From: Octopus bimaculoides
Taxonomy: Eukaryota
DNA length: 41,975 nt
Direction of reading: 5' to 3'
NCBI RefSeq assembly: GCF_001194135.2
Contig: NC_068988.1
Location: 29,328,087 to 29,370,061, forward strand
Shown here: one piece after another, positions 10,981 through 22,315 of the stretch
Layout of the letters: each line of letters starts with the position of its first letter
How positions within the stretch are numbered: the first letter of the stretch is position 1
Made by a program: the position numbers and the translations under genes
The notes under the pieces: model-generated
Seen by the model: only the letters and a program-made list of their open reading frames with translations
What the model was told of the DNA's origin: nothing
The model's database searches: none

Positions 10981-11112
10981 AACATTGAAAAATACCTTAG
11001 GAATGAGAACCCAGGTTTGAAATTTCCCTAAAACACCTGATGAAGGCTGGAGGGTATATCAGCTGAAACGTTGTGTTAACAAATATCCGTCAAATGTAAA
11101 TAATGTAAATAA
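10981..11112 (+). mobile_element. Short hammerhead-bearing repeat, right (plus) arm
   Basis: gaaaaataccttaggaatgagaac..caaatgtaaataatgt; ends at a 13-bp direct repeat (11113-11125 = 10516-10528). Confidence 0.85.
11032..11077 (+). ncRNA. Minimal type I hammerhead ribozyme motif (Penelope-associated type)
   Basis: AACAC / CTGATGA / A / GGCTG-10 nt-CAGCT / GAAA / CGT / T / GTGTT. Helix I is 5 bp, helix II is 5 bp with one G-U, helix III is the palindrome ACGU, and the cleavage triplet is GUU. Confidence 0.7.
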
Positions 11113-11300
11113 AGAACTTTTTATATGCCATCAGCATGGATGCCAGTCAGGCAGCACTGGCATTGACCATGCTCAAATGGTGCTTTTTACATGCCATCGG
11201 TACAGGAGCCACTCAGGCAGCACTGGCATCGACCATCCTTGAATGGTACTTTTTACGTGCCACCAGCACGGGATCCAGTCAGGCGGCACTGACATCAAAC
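11113..11300 (-). mobile_element. Family C internal tandem sub-repeats (host of the 10529-11112 insertion)
   Basis: About three units of ccagtcaggc.gcactggcat.gacca..tggtgctttttac.tgcca; continuous with 10470-10528. Confidence 0.7.
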
Positions 11301-11344
11301 ACACACATGAAAGATGCTTTGGTTAATAAAATAAGTTCCAAATT

Positions 11345-11490
11345 CATATGGCATTAGGAAGGGCATCCATCCATAGAAACCATGTGAAAACAGACACTGG
11401 AGTTGAACATAGTCCTTTAACGTTTTGGATCATGTCAAACCATATAACCCATGCCAGCGAGGAATACAGATGCTAAATGATGATGAAGAC
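11345..11490 (+). mobile_element. Family C 3' tail
   Basis: ggcattaggaagggcatcca..agaaacc..cccatgccagc..ctaaatgatgatga. Confidence 0.7.
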
Positions 11491-13594
11491 AGGTTTCAAT
11501 TTAATTGGAGAAGCCTGCAATGTGCATTTCTTATCTTTATAATCTGAGGCGGCAGAAAAGGTGGAAGCAATGATTATGGCTTTCTGAGACAATCCTACAA
11601 GTGTGTTGTAGGGATAATCTTGTTCAGGTAGTAGAGTGAATATTTAATTTGAATGGTTGCAGATTAGTTTTTGCTGAAATACATGAAACGGTGAAGTGTT
11701 GCAGAGAGATGCAGTAGAGTAGTTTGGTTAAGCAGAAACAAACTTGTCGCGGAGATGGAAAGGCAGTAGAGAGGTTAGGGTTAAGTTGGGGTGGGTGGGA
11801 CACAACAAGAAACAGATATGTTAAGTGGGGGTGAGCTGGTGGTGGGGGGAATGAAGAATAGTGTTGAAAAACTTTTGAGAAATGAGAGAGGAAGGAAGGA
11901 AGGAAGAAAGGAAAAAAAAGGCTCCTTATGACAGGTAAAGAACTGCTGAGAGAATTTTGGCCTGTCAAAAATTCAACTATGAAAAACAGATGCACATATG
12001 CGTGCATGTGTATGTGTGCATGCGCATGTGTATCTCCTGATACAGATATGCAAACAAACCTAAGGTTTAAAGTATAATTAAACGTTGCTAAAAGATTTCC
12101 AACTGTTCAAAACCAAATCATTTTCCCGTCCCTATGGAACCTAGCTTTTGCAACAAGCATCTTAGCTCTGTAAAAAATGAAAGATGTAGTGATGGTGGTG
12201 GTGGTGGTGGTGGAGGAGGGCAAAGCAGAGTCTCCTGTCAAACTCATTGAATGATGCCACAGCAATGACAACAAAATTGATGTTGATTCTAATTGGTTAT
12301 TCTATAAAGTGTGTTACATTTTGTAAAGATTATTATCATTATTATTATTATTATTATTATTATTAGCATCATCATTTGTTATTAATTAATATTAATTAAA
12401 TACTACAACAATAATAGATGCTATAAATACAACAACAGGTGATTTTTTTAAATTGGAAAAAAAAAAAAAAAAAGAAGACTGAGGTTCAACAGAGATTTGG
12501 TCAATTGTCAACATTCAATGGCTGGAGTTTTAATGACCCATCTATGAAATTAAAGCAATTAATCTTGATAAAATGTCCTGTCAGTACACAAAACAAAGCA
12601 ACTCTAACAAAAATTACGTTATTTACATAGAAAACTGATTCAAGGAAATTTTATTAGCAGAAAATTATAAACAGAAAAAAAAAGTAAAAAAAAAAAAATT
12701 AGTCGTTTGACTGGTTGGTACTGCCTGCTGTTGTTGTTGTTGTTGTGATTTTTTTAATGCTATTTTCAATAAACCAATGAAAATGGAAACTAGCATTGAA
12801 AAGGAGTTTGTTATTGATNNNNNNNNNNTGGAAATCATAAAATGAAAGATAAATTACATTTATGAAACAGTTATCATAAATGTTTCAGAAAGGTCATCCA
12901 TTTTGTTGAGAAAACGAAAGCAAACTAGAATCGAAGGAAACTAGTGATCGTCTGCAGCTACAAAAAAAAAATAAATAATAATAATAAATCAATTAATAAA
13001 ATGCTTAAAATAAGATAAGTTTGTGAACCATGAAAAGTTTGTGCCATCATTGTCTCCTTCATTACTCTCACCTCTACTTCCATTACACCCTCTTGCACCA
13101 ACACTATCTCTCTCCCTCCCACCCCTCTCTCTCTCTTTCATTACGCCCCTCTCTACTATCAATGCTTGTCATTCATTACACCCTTCTCTATCACCCTCAT
13201 ACTGTCCTCTCATTTTACCCCACTTACTCTGAATCTACTGTTGGCAATTTCTTTTCTATTCACCCGCTTCAGTCACATTGCCTTTAACAAACAGAGACAA
13301 CATAGCATCATTACGACACTGAGTCAAGTGGGGACAAGTGCGCTTATATATTATATGATTGTAATAATCTTACTGTTCAATATGAAATATCATTAAAATT
13401 TTAGATTAGTATTTCGTATGGTATATGTCTCCCAGCATGTTTTTGGACGGGTTCTTCACTGACTGAGTTGTGGAATGGTGGTTCGTCTCTAAATTAGTTA
13501 TATACATACATTATATATTACAAAATTCGGTCTAATATTATTATACTGAATTTTACCTGTAAGGTTGGAATAATAATTTATTCCCTAATATTAT

Positions 13595-13644
13595 TATTAT
13601 TATTATTATTATTATCATATACATATATATATATATACATATAT

Positions 13645-13701
<57 letters not shown>

Positions 13702-13790
13702 CATATATACATATACACATATATATACATTTATATATATATATACATATATACTCATCTATATATACACATATATATATAGACATATAT
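13595..13790. repeat. (ATT)n + (AT)n/(AC)n compound microsatellite
   Basis: Directly visible. Confidence 0.9.
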
Positions 13791-14354
13791 GGAATTAAAT
13801 ACATTAAATTGATTAAGAAAAAAAAAGATAAATTAGTGTATACATATCCACATATAGTTGGATGGCCATTGACTACTCATGAGTTCCTCTGCCCTTTTGA
13901 CAGTCTTTACTTTTTCGTTCTGCAGGGTGTACAACAATCACCCTCCTCACCAAGCAAGCTGGGTGGGGTTACCAGTTTGGTCACTGACATCCCGACCATG
14001 TATATGGTTGGTATATTTGTTGACAACTTCGTTATGATGAATAAGTATTGAAAATAGCATTGTTTCCTTTGCAAAGCCTAGTCTCATTCCATGGACCTCT
14101 GGGTTATTGGCCCAAGCAGGTTTCAACTGTGCCACTCTGCTCAATGAGGGATGAAACAAATACATGTATTATTTCATATATTGTCTGTTGTGGGTTTCAT
14201 TACTTCATTACATCATCCGTCATAAGCTATTAATTTTGGCATTTGATGACAGTATCAATTGTACGAAGTAGTAAGAAGCTCTGAAGAGAGCTGAATAGGA
14301 AACGGTCTTCAAAGGAAAAAACCCCACTCAAGCAAACCTTTCAGCCCTTAACTT

Positions 14355-14589
14355 ATTTCTTTATTGCCCACAAGGAGCTAAACATAGAGGGGACAAACAA
14401 GGACAGACAAAGGGATTAAGTCGATTACATCGACCCCAGTGGCTAACAGGTACTTTATTTATCGACCCCGAAAAGATGAAAGGCAAAATGACCTCGGCGT
14501 AATTTGAACTCAGAACGTAGCGGCAGAGGAAATACTGCTAAACATTTCATCTGGTGTGCTAACGTTTCTGCCAGCTCGCCGCCTTAAGC
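14355..14589 (-). mobile_element. Full-length SINE family E with 14-bp target-site duplication
   Basis: tcagcccttaactt at 14341-14354 and 14590-14603; the minus strand begins ggcggcgagctggcagaa and contains gagttcaaatt. Confidence 0.85.
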
Positions 14590-15212
14590 TCAGCCCTTAA
14601 CTTCTTACCCTGTAAGGGGGCTGTGCTACATCTAGGTCATGACTCCTGGGTGCCTCTTCAGCTGACATTTCAATATCAGAGAAATATATACTAACTACAC
14701 AACCCCCATGCTGCAGCACTGGAATGCTAATCAACATTTCATTCTGCCAATTGTCTACGAGTTACATTTGACAAACCACATGCTTAGATCTAAGTGTTAC
14801 AAATTTTTCTGGATATCTCTTCATTTGCCATTTCAGATCAGCCAGAAGCAAATCAATTCTACAGATGCTTCTCCAGTACAGTATAGAAAGAGCAAATTTG
14901 ATAGTCATTTTCTAGAGTTAAAATATTTTATTTCATTCCGATATCTTTAAATAACAATCAACACGTTAATACTATGTTCTCTTGCAAGGTGTATGACCCA
15001 GCGACGGAGTTTCTATGTTGCCGACTGTCTTGCTAGACATAACAACTAAATCTCTCTCCAAATACACATCCTATCAACTTTAAAAAGAAAAAAAAATGTG
15101 GAATGAGGAACAAATTAGATTACATGGTTCAGGGTGCCTCATGCCTAGGAAAAACGTGAGACAGCCATGGCTGAAGTACTTAAATTTATTAGTTATATCT
15201 TAAGTGTAATAA

Positions 15213-15602
15213 TGTGGAGGCGTAATGGCCCAGTGGTTAGGGCAGCAGACTCGCGGTTGTAGGATCGCGGTTTCGATTCCCAGACCGCGCGTTGTGAGTG
15301 TTTATTGAGCGAAAACACCTAAAGCTCCACGAGGCTCCGGCAGGGGATTGTGGCGAACCCTGCTGTACTCTTTCACCACAACTTTCTCTCACTCTATCTT
15401 CCTGTTTCTGTTGTGCCTGTAATTCAAAGGGCCAACCTTGTCACACTCTGTGTCACGCTGAATATCCCTGAGAACTACGTTAAGGGTACATGTGTCTGTG
15501 GAGTGCTCAACCACTTGCACGTTAATTTCACGAGCAGGCTGTTCTGTTGATCGGATCAACTGGAACCCTCGTCGTTGTAAGCAATGGAGAGTGCCAACCA
15601 CC
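15213..15602 (+). mobile_element. Full-length tRNA-derived SINE family F with 11-bp target-site duplication
   Basis: A box TGGCCCAGTGG 15226-15236, B-box-like GGTTTCGATTCC 15269-15280; aagtgtaataa at 15202-15212 and 15603-15613; close sister copy at 25073. Confidence 0.9.
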
Positions 15603-16589
15603 AAGTGTAATAACAACCAGAAATCACTTTAAGCTAGTGAGGAAACTTGTATGAGGTCACTCAAGTTGAAATATAGCAACCAGACCTTCTTTAAAACACA
15701 CACTATAATCCTCAAGAGACTATATCATCCAGTAAATCATCTTCAAGAGAGAGGGCATATTGGATGATGTAGTCCAGGATACACGTGTCCAGTTCAATGC
15801 CTTTCATCATAAGTCTGCTTAATCAAGGCTAAACTGAGACTAAACAACAACAAGGTTTAATAATAATGTTTATCAATAAATTTATTCTAAATAGAGGTTG
15901 AAATAAAATGTCCTTAGATGTTAGTCATGTAAACAAGAACCAGTTGGTGGTGGAAATGAGATTTATGGATTCTATTAATGGGTAATTGTTCAGAAGTTTA
16001 GAATATTATCTCTTTGATAATCTATCATAAAAGTACTTACTGATGCTTCAATGCTGCCTAGCAACTTATGAAATAATATGAATTCACATCTCCTATTTAC
16101 CACACACACATACATACACACACAAAGGGTCTGTTTTGCAGTGCAAGTGTGAATAAGGAGGAATGAGTTTATAAGTATTTATCACATATATATTTTATTA
16201 ATAATTCCAAGTATTGACTGGGTAAGCCTTTTACTTTGCCTTGTAACACAGCCTAATATGTTCTTCTCATCTATTCTGATTTCTATCCATTATCAACAAG
16301 TAAATTCCTTGCAGAATTTACAAGTTTCTATGTTAAAAAAAAAATCTGCATAGAAACAAGCGTATGAGTTTCATACTCGTAAATACATTTTTCATATCGA
16401 GGCTCATCCAAAGGTCAGATTTCAACAGAGATGACACATAAGAGGGAGTTCCTGTTGTCTGTTAGCAAAAATATCAATAAATAAATAAATATGCTCACAC
16501 ACACACACACACAAACCTATTCCCCATTTCTTTGTTGTTTTTTTTTTTCTCTCTTAAGAGTTACAGAAAACCATTTAAGTCCCACTGAA

Positions 16590-16641
16590 TAAAAGATTTA
16601 TTCAATATATATATATACACACATATATATATATACAGACA

Positions 16642-16672
<31 letters not shown>

Positions 16673-16830
16673 CACATACACATAAATATATGCAAACACA
16701 CACACACACACATATATATAAATATATGCACACACGCATACACATACAAACATACACACATAGATATATGCATACTCATATATACATGCATACATATATA
16801 CATACATACACGCACATATTTATTCATGTG
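16590..16830. repeat. Compound AT/AC microsatellite
   Basis: Directly visible. Confidence 0.9.
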
Positions 16831-17679
16831 TATGTGTGTTTATTTATTTAACAGAAACAGTCGATGTTTAAATTGGCAATGCAACATGGATTTGCGGATC
16901 TAGAATCAAACTATAAAACACTGCCAGGAAGAAGTCTATTAGTAATCAGGCAACCATGAAGCGAAGCCAACAACAACAACATGGGAAATCCTAATACAAG
17001 AAAATTGCATTAGTTGAATAGAACTATTCAAAAAAAAAAAATATATATCAAAGCTACATTTGAACTTTGACCTCTTAAAGAGGATTTGAAGAAAAGAAGA
17101 CTTATTAGATTACTCTCTGTTATGTTCAAGTCTTTGAATGTTGCCTGTGTAACAATACAATGCAATGTCTGAATAATTGTTGCAAGAACTGCCACAGAAA
17201 TCGATACTACTGACAACAACAGTCCAACCATAATGGAATGCTAACTGGAAAACCAGTTATAAAACCTCATGCCAGTAACAAAAATGGAAGGAGACAATGA
17301 TATGTTTCCTAGCTTCAGAGGAAACTAAAGTTGAATATTCTTCGAAAGATTGTTTAGGAAAAGTCAACAGAATTTACAACCGTGGCATGGCAACCTTTCG
17401 CAGATTGTAGAACAGGAATTACCGAACAGAAAACGATTCTGATTGCTGCAATAAAATCTCTTATAAAACGGCTGTGACAAGATCTTAAATAAGTAGATGT
17501 TTTCTTTCTTTTATTTGAAGAATTCCAATAATACAATGTAGTAATTTTAAGGAATCTCAGATGCACACTTAACAGCAATTTAACTCTGCCTTAGTAAAAT
17601 AGATCTGACAGATGATCCTAAGATTAATTTATGATGTGGAACACAGCTCTGCACCAACTAGTTTTCTCCTAGTTTATGA

Positions 17680-18040
17680 TGTGTGGTTAAGAAGTTTGCT
17701 TCTTAATCTCGTGGTTCCAAGTTCGGCCATCAGCCACATCGTAGAAGACCCGGAGCATGGCACTTTGGGCAAGTGTCTTCTACTCTAGCTCTGGGACAAG
17801 CCATACCTTGTGAATGGATTTGGTTGATGGAAATTGAAAGAAGCCTGTCGTGTGTGTGTGTGTGTGTGTGTGTGTGTCTTTATGTTTATGTTTGTCCCCC
17901 ACCACAGCTTGGCAGTGGTTCGACAAAATTGACCAGGCTTAAAACCCAAAATAAGAACCGAGGTTGATTGTTCAGTTAAAACCCTTCAAGATGGTGTCCC
18001 AGCATGGCCAGTCAAATGACTGAAACAAGTAGAAGATAAA
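17680..18040 (+). mobile_element. Bipartite SINE A-(TG)n-B
   Basis: Head with cactttgggcaagtgtcttctac, then (TG)n, then tail gtttgtccccc..ccccagcatggccagtcaaatgactgaaacaagt. Confidence 0.8.
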
Positions 18041-18094
18041 AGATAGACAGACAGACAGACAGACAGATAGATAGAGAGGGTGAGAGAGAGATAG

Positions 18095-18144
<50 letters not shown>

Positions 18145-18164
18145 ATAGATAGATAGATAGATAT

Positions 18165-18290
18165 CATCATCATTTAACATCCACTTTCCATGCTGGCATG
18201 GGTTAGACGGTGTGACTGGAACTGGTAACCCAGGGAGCTGCATCAAGTTCCAGTCTGATTTGGCACAGTTTCTAAGGCTGGATGCCATTC
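18165..18290 (-). mobile_element. Family C 3' tail
   Basis: catcatcatttaacatccactttccatgctggcatgggtt..tctgatttggcacagtttc. Confidence 0.75.
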
Positions 18291-18529
18291 CAAACATATC
18301 TATCAATCTATACACAAATGTCTTAAAAGTAAACAGACACTATCATATTTTTGAAAGATTTATTTCTAGAAACAGAAAATATCATGCCTCACTTCTGTGG
18401 TGAGACACCTGTCTCTGTCCCTCTATCTTAGTTTAACTTTTCATCACCTGGCACAAAGCCACCCTACTCAATACTACTAGCACTACCCACCCACCCACTT
18501 GAAGTGAGTCTTGTTTTTAAAGCGACATG

Positions 18530-18725
18530 GTGACCTCACTGCTGCTGGTGCCACATAAAAGGCACCCAGTACACTCTGTAAAGTGATCAGTTTTAGGAAG
18601 GGCACCCAGATGTAGAAACCATATCAACACAGACAGTGGAGCAAGGCACAGTTCTCTGGCTTGCCAACCCCTTATCAAACTGTCCAACCCATGGCATCAT
18701 GGAGAACAGATGCTAAATGCTGAAG
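18530..18725 (+). mobile_element. Family C repeat
   Basis: ggtgccacataaaaggcaccc..aggaagggcacccagatgtagaaacc..ccaacccatggcatcatgg. Confidence 0.7.
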
Positions 18726-19429
18726 ACAGATGTCTGGTGTAGGCATACACATATAATGCAATCTAACTATACAGGTTCAAATAAGCATCGATTTTTTTTC
18801 TGCTTCTTTCTTACCTTAATCTATAATTGAAACTGAATTTTTTCAAAGGAATTGCTGATAGTTTTATAAAAGAATTTTTTTTCTATCAATTATTTTTAAG
18901 ATGATGTAATAAACTCCTCCACGAGCAAAGTGGTGACTAATAATGTCAAAGATTTAGGATATGCACTTTGTCGCACAATAATAAAAAATATCAGTTAATT
19001 ATACGTAAAAGATTAAAAGACATTTTTTTTTTCAATATGCAACACTACAAATGATTTTTTTTTTCTTGCTAATATTGAGCAGCCATCTACAAACATATGC
19101 CCCAGTTTAACGAGAAGTGCTTGTTTTCTTGCTACATTTTTCAGTAACAAACATATTACAATATTATATAAGACAAAGTTCAAAGTTCAACTGGATCGCC
19201 ATATCTCAGCAGTTGGATAAAGCAAGCTGCTTGACATCTGGTGTTAGAGAAAACAAATGAATGGGAAAAAAATTTTTGCTTGTTTGTTTGGTATTCAATA
19301 AAAGGTGCGTAGCAATCCTTTGCAATGTTAAATGATAGCCACACACCCATTTATATAAGATGCCTGAATGACTACAACCAAATCCATTAAAATTGAGGGA
19401 TAAGACTAGCTTTCGATGTGCGGCACCTT

Positions 19430-19735
19430 AAGCATAAGTCCGTGTTTGTGACCCCCACCACCACCACCAAATGGCAACCAGTACTGGTTGATTTACATTT
19501 CCATAAATTTGAGGTTTGGTAAAAGAGAATGATGGAATAAGTACCAAACTTTAAAATTTGATTGACTAAAACCCTTCAAGTCGGTGCCCCAGCATGGCCA
19601 CAGTTCAATGATAGGCAAGTGAAAGATAAAAGAATTTGCTGTAAAATTAAGAAACTCAGTATAGTTAAGGTGGTGCTCCAGCATGGCTGCAGTCAAATGA
19701 CTGAAACATGAAAAAGAGTAAAAGAATAGTTATTT
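19430..19735 (+). mobile_element. SINE part B tail(s)
   Basis: gtgccccagcatggccacag and ggtgctccagcatggctgcagtcaaatgactgaaac. Confidence 0.6.
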
Positions 19736-20749
19736 TAAGCAACACACAGTCGCTGATTTTGAAGAGAGGGAGGAAAAGCCAGAAACCAGGCTGGTCTGCT
19801 GATCCTGTCACTAGAAGGTGGTAGAGGTTCGCCTCCCTGCTCGCAATATCTTGGATGCAGCTGTGCATTGTTAACCAGCTAGAGGAGATGTCCTCTTGAG
19901 GTTAAAAAACTGCTGTCAAGTCTGTTCAAACGGACAGCCATGTTGAAGTGGCTACGAACATTACTTAATAGTTATTTTGTTATAGAATTGGCACAAGGCA
20001 CAAAATGACTGTACCACATTTCAACCTGTGTAGATGACCGAGACATACACTTCAGCATTTTTATTGAGATGGAAGAAATACATTTGGCATCCAGAGCACA
20101 AACCTCGAAAAATAAGACAGTAATAATAATTGTTTATTTTCCAGTAACAGTTGAGAGAGAGAGGGTGGGGTGAGAGATAGAGAGGAGAGAGAAAGAAAGA
20201 GAGAAGCTTATTGAAAAAATAAGAATGATGCTTTTTATCATGACAAGGGTGAAAGATTGAAAGGGGAAACATTTACAAGAGCAATTTACAAAAACAGTTG
20301 GGTTCTTTTTATACATCAAGTATTATATGAAATATGTGTAAACAATGAATTGTTACCAAATAGAGTCAAGCAAGGAACTCCATATAAATCCTAGACTGCT
20401 TTTGTCTGCCAAAAACAAAGGCCCTTTCTCTAAATTCTGCCTACAACCTTCAGGTTCATATTCAGAGCAGACCCATTCACTTAAGATATGCTTGCCACTC
20501 TTTACTGAAAGGAAGCACTTCTCTCACCAGTTTCTTCAAGTGCTTCTTGACAAATTTGATGATGGTTCTGTTGAAGAACAAAGTCCTTGGCTTCACTCCT
20601 CTCAACTGTATTCACCACACCCAATTCCATTTAAGGAATTACAAAGGAAGGCAGTGTTGCTCTGTCAATTGACATGCTAACAAAGTCATTTTTGCTAACT
20701 CCAAGAAAATCAAGTTAATCTAAAATTTTCAGAAATTTTTTTAGACATA

Positions 20750-20915
20750 GACATGGCTATGTAGTTTAGAAGTTTACTTCCCACCTATGTGATTTTGGAT
20801 TCAGTCCAACTTAGTGGCACCTTTGGCAAGTTTCTTCAATTATAGTCCCAGGCCACCAAAACCTTGTGAGTGAACCTGGCAGTCAGAAACTGAAAGTAGC
20901 CTTCCACACACATGT
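20750..20915 (+). mobile_element. SINE family A head
   Basis: catggctatgtagtttagaag..gattcagtcc..gcacctttggcaagt..gaaactgaaagtagcc. Confidence 0.65.
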
Positions 20916-20959
20916 GCATGCAGAGGGTAGCCCTATCGAGACTTTACATGGTGGTTGTG

Positions 20960-21145
20960 AATGGGTATAATCATAAAAGTGATGTTGTTCATTTCCAGGC
21001 TTCCATGGGGAAATATTACCTTGCATGGATGCAATGAGGGTTGGTAACAGGAAGGGCACCCAGTTGTAGAAAATCTGCCTCAACAAATTGTGTGATCCAT
21101 ACAAGCATGGAAAAAAATTGAACATCAAAAACAATAATGATGACG
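20960..21145 (+). mobile_element. Family D repeat
   Basis: catggggaaatattaccttg..gagggttggtaacaggaagggcacccagttgtagaaaatctgcctc..agcatggaaaa. Confidence 0.7.
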
Positions 21146-21187
21146 TCTTTAATATATCGCCATTCCAGCCTTATTAAGTATAATTAC

Positions 21188-21223
21188 CTGAATACAGCAA
21201 TTATACATCATTCTCAAGACATT
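21188..21223 (-). CDS. Candidate 36-nt exon (NVLRMMYNCCIQ), gene unknown
   Basis: cattttgtttacaaacag | exon | CAG gtaatt; only frame 0 is open. No homology recognised. Confidence 0.15.
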
Positions 21224-21539
21224 CTGTTTGTAAACAAAATGTTTAGATATCTCCAGGGTTTCAAAATGTTTGCCAAGTAGCAAACTAGTCTTTTATTTAC
21301 TAGAACATTGGTGATAACCTAACAAGCTATTTAATCAAATCTCCAGTATTTAGTCTTAGCTACTGTTGTAAAGAGAGGAGAGCAATTAACAAACTAGCAC
21401 AATGAATGCAATGTTCGTTTAGCACCTGTTCATGTTGATGAAATATACCTGTGGTCATAGAAATTCTAGCTATCATATTATTCATTATTGTTTTCACACC
21501 TATCCTTCCTTATTTTATGGAATAATGTAGATAAAGTGT

Positions 21540-21690
21540 AGTTGTGTGGTTAAGAAGTTTGCTTCCGAACTATATGGTTTCAGGTTCAGTCCTACCATGC
21601 CGCACCTTGGGCAAGCGTCTTCTACTATAGCCCCATGTTGAATCAAGCCTAGGGGGGGGGGGGATCTGGAAGAAAGAAACTGAAAGAAGC
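21540..21690 (+). mobile_element. SINE family A head
   Basis: gtgtggttaagaagtttgcttcc..caggttcagtcc..gcaccttgggcaagcgtcttctactatagcc. Confidence 0.75.
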
Positions 21691-21719
21691 ACATTTTATT
21701 TATATATATATATATATAT

Positions 21720-22050
21720 CATTATTTAATGTCTGCTTTCCATGCTGGCATGCATTCGACAGTTTGATCAGGGCTGGCAAGCCAGACGGCTGTACCAGGC
21801 TCCAGTCTGATCTGGCAAGGTTTCTACAGCTTGATGCCCTTCCTAAAGCCAACTACTCCAAGATTGTAGTGGGTAATTTTTATGTGCCACCAGCACAGAA
21901 TATTCTTTTACTTGTTTCAGTCATTTTGACTGCAGCCATGCTGGAGCACCGGCTTTAGTTGAACAAATTGACCCCAGGACTTATTCTTTGTGAGCCTAGT
22001 ACTTATGCTGTCGGTCTCTTTTGCTGAACTGCTATGTTATGGGACGTCAT
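21720..22050 (-). mobile_element. Family C tail followed by SINE part B
   Basis: tttaatgtctgctttccatgctggcatg..gatgcccttcctaa; then cagtcattttgactgcagccatgctggagcacc..ccccaggacttattc. Confidence 0.7.
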
Positions 22051-22131
22051 ACAAACATACACACACACACACATACATACATATATATATAAATGGATAG
22101 ACAGATAAATAGATGGATGCAAGGATGGATT

Positions 22132-22241
22132 TTAATCAGTAGAAGCTGCAGAGTGAATCAAAGGGCGAGTGTTTCATGCAATGATAAGTAACAATGCATG
22201 AAACTCTCAGCTCGAGTCACTCTGTGGCTTCAGCTGATTAA
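22132..22241. other. 110-nt imperfect hairpin (MITE-like or pre-miRNA-like)
   Basis: 22132-22156 pairs with 22217-22241 (1 mismatch, 3 G-U); 22163-22180 pairs with 22195-22213; TTAA at both ends. Confidence 0.55.
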
Positions 22242-22260
22242 CAAAACAATGAATGAATGA

Positions 22261-22315
<55 letters not shown>

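Noticed and set aside
13809-14290. ORFs of 60-80 aa in a GC-richer block, possibly a LINE remnant
   Set aside because: No motif I could recognise in any frame. Left unclassified.
14275-14310. CTGAAGA...GAAAC hammerhead-like string
   Set aside because: No helix II or helix I pairing; it is better explained as the small hairpin agctct-gaag-agagct.
16860-17680. Unique AT-rich block with Cys-rich translation fragments
   Set aside because: Stops in all frames and no recognisable domain. It may be an old transposon, but this is unsupported.
20345-20680. 111-aa ORF in non-repetitive DNA
   Set aside because: No recognisable homology or convincing splice signals on either strand.
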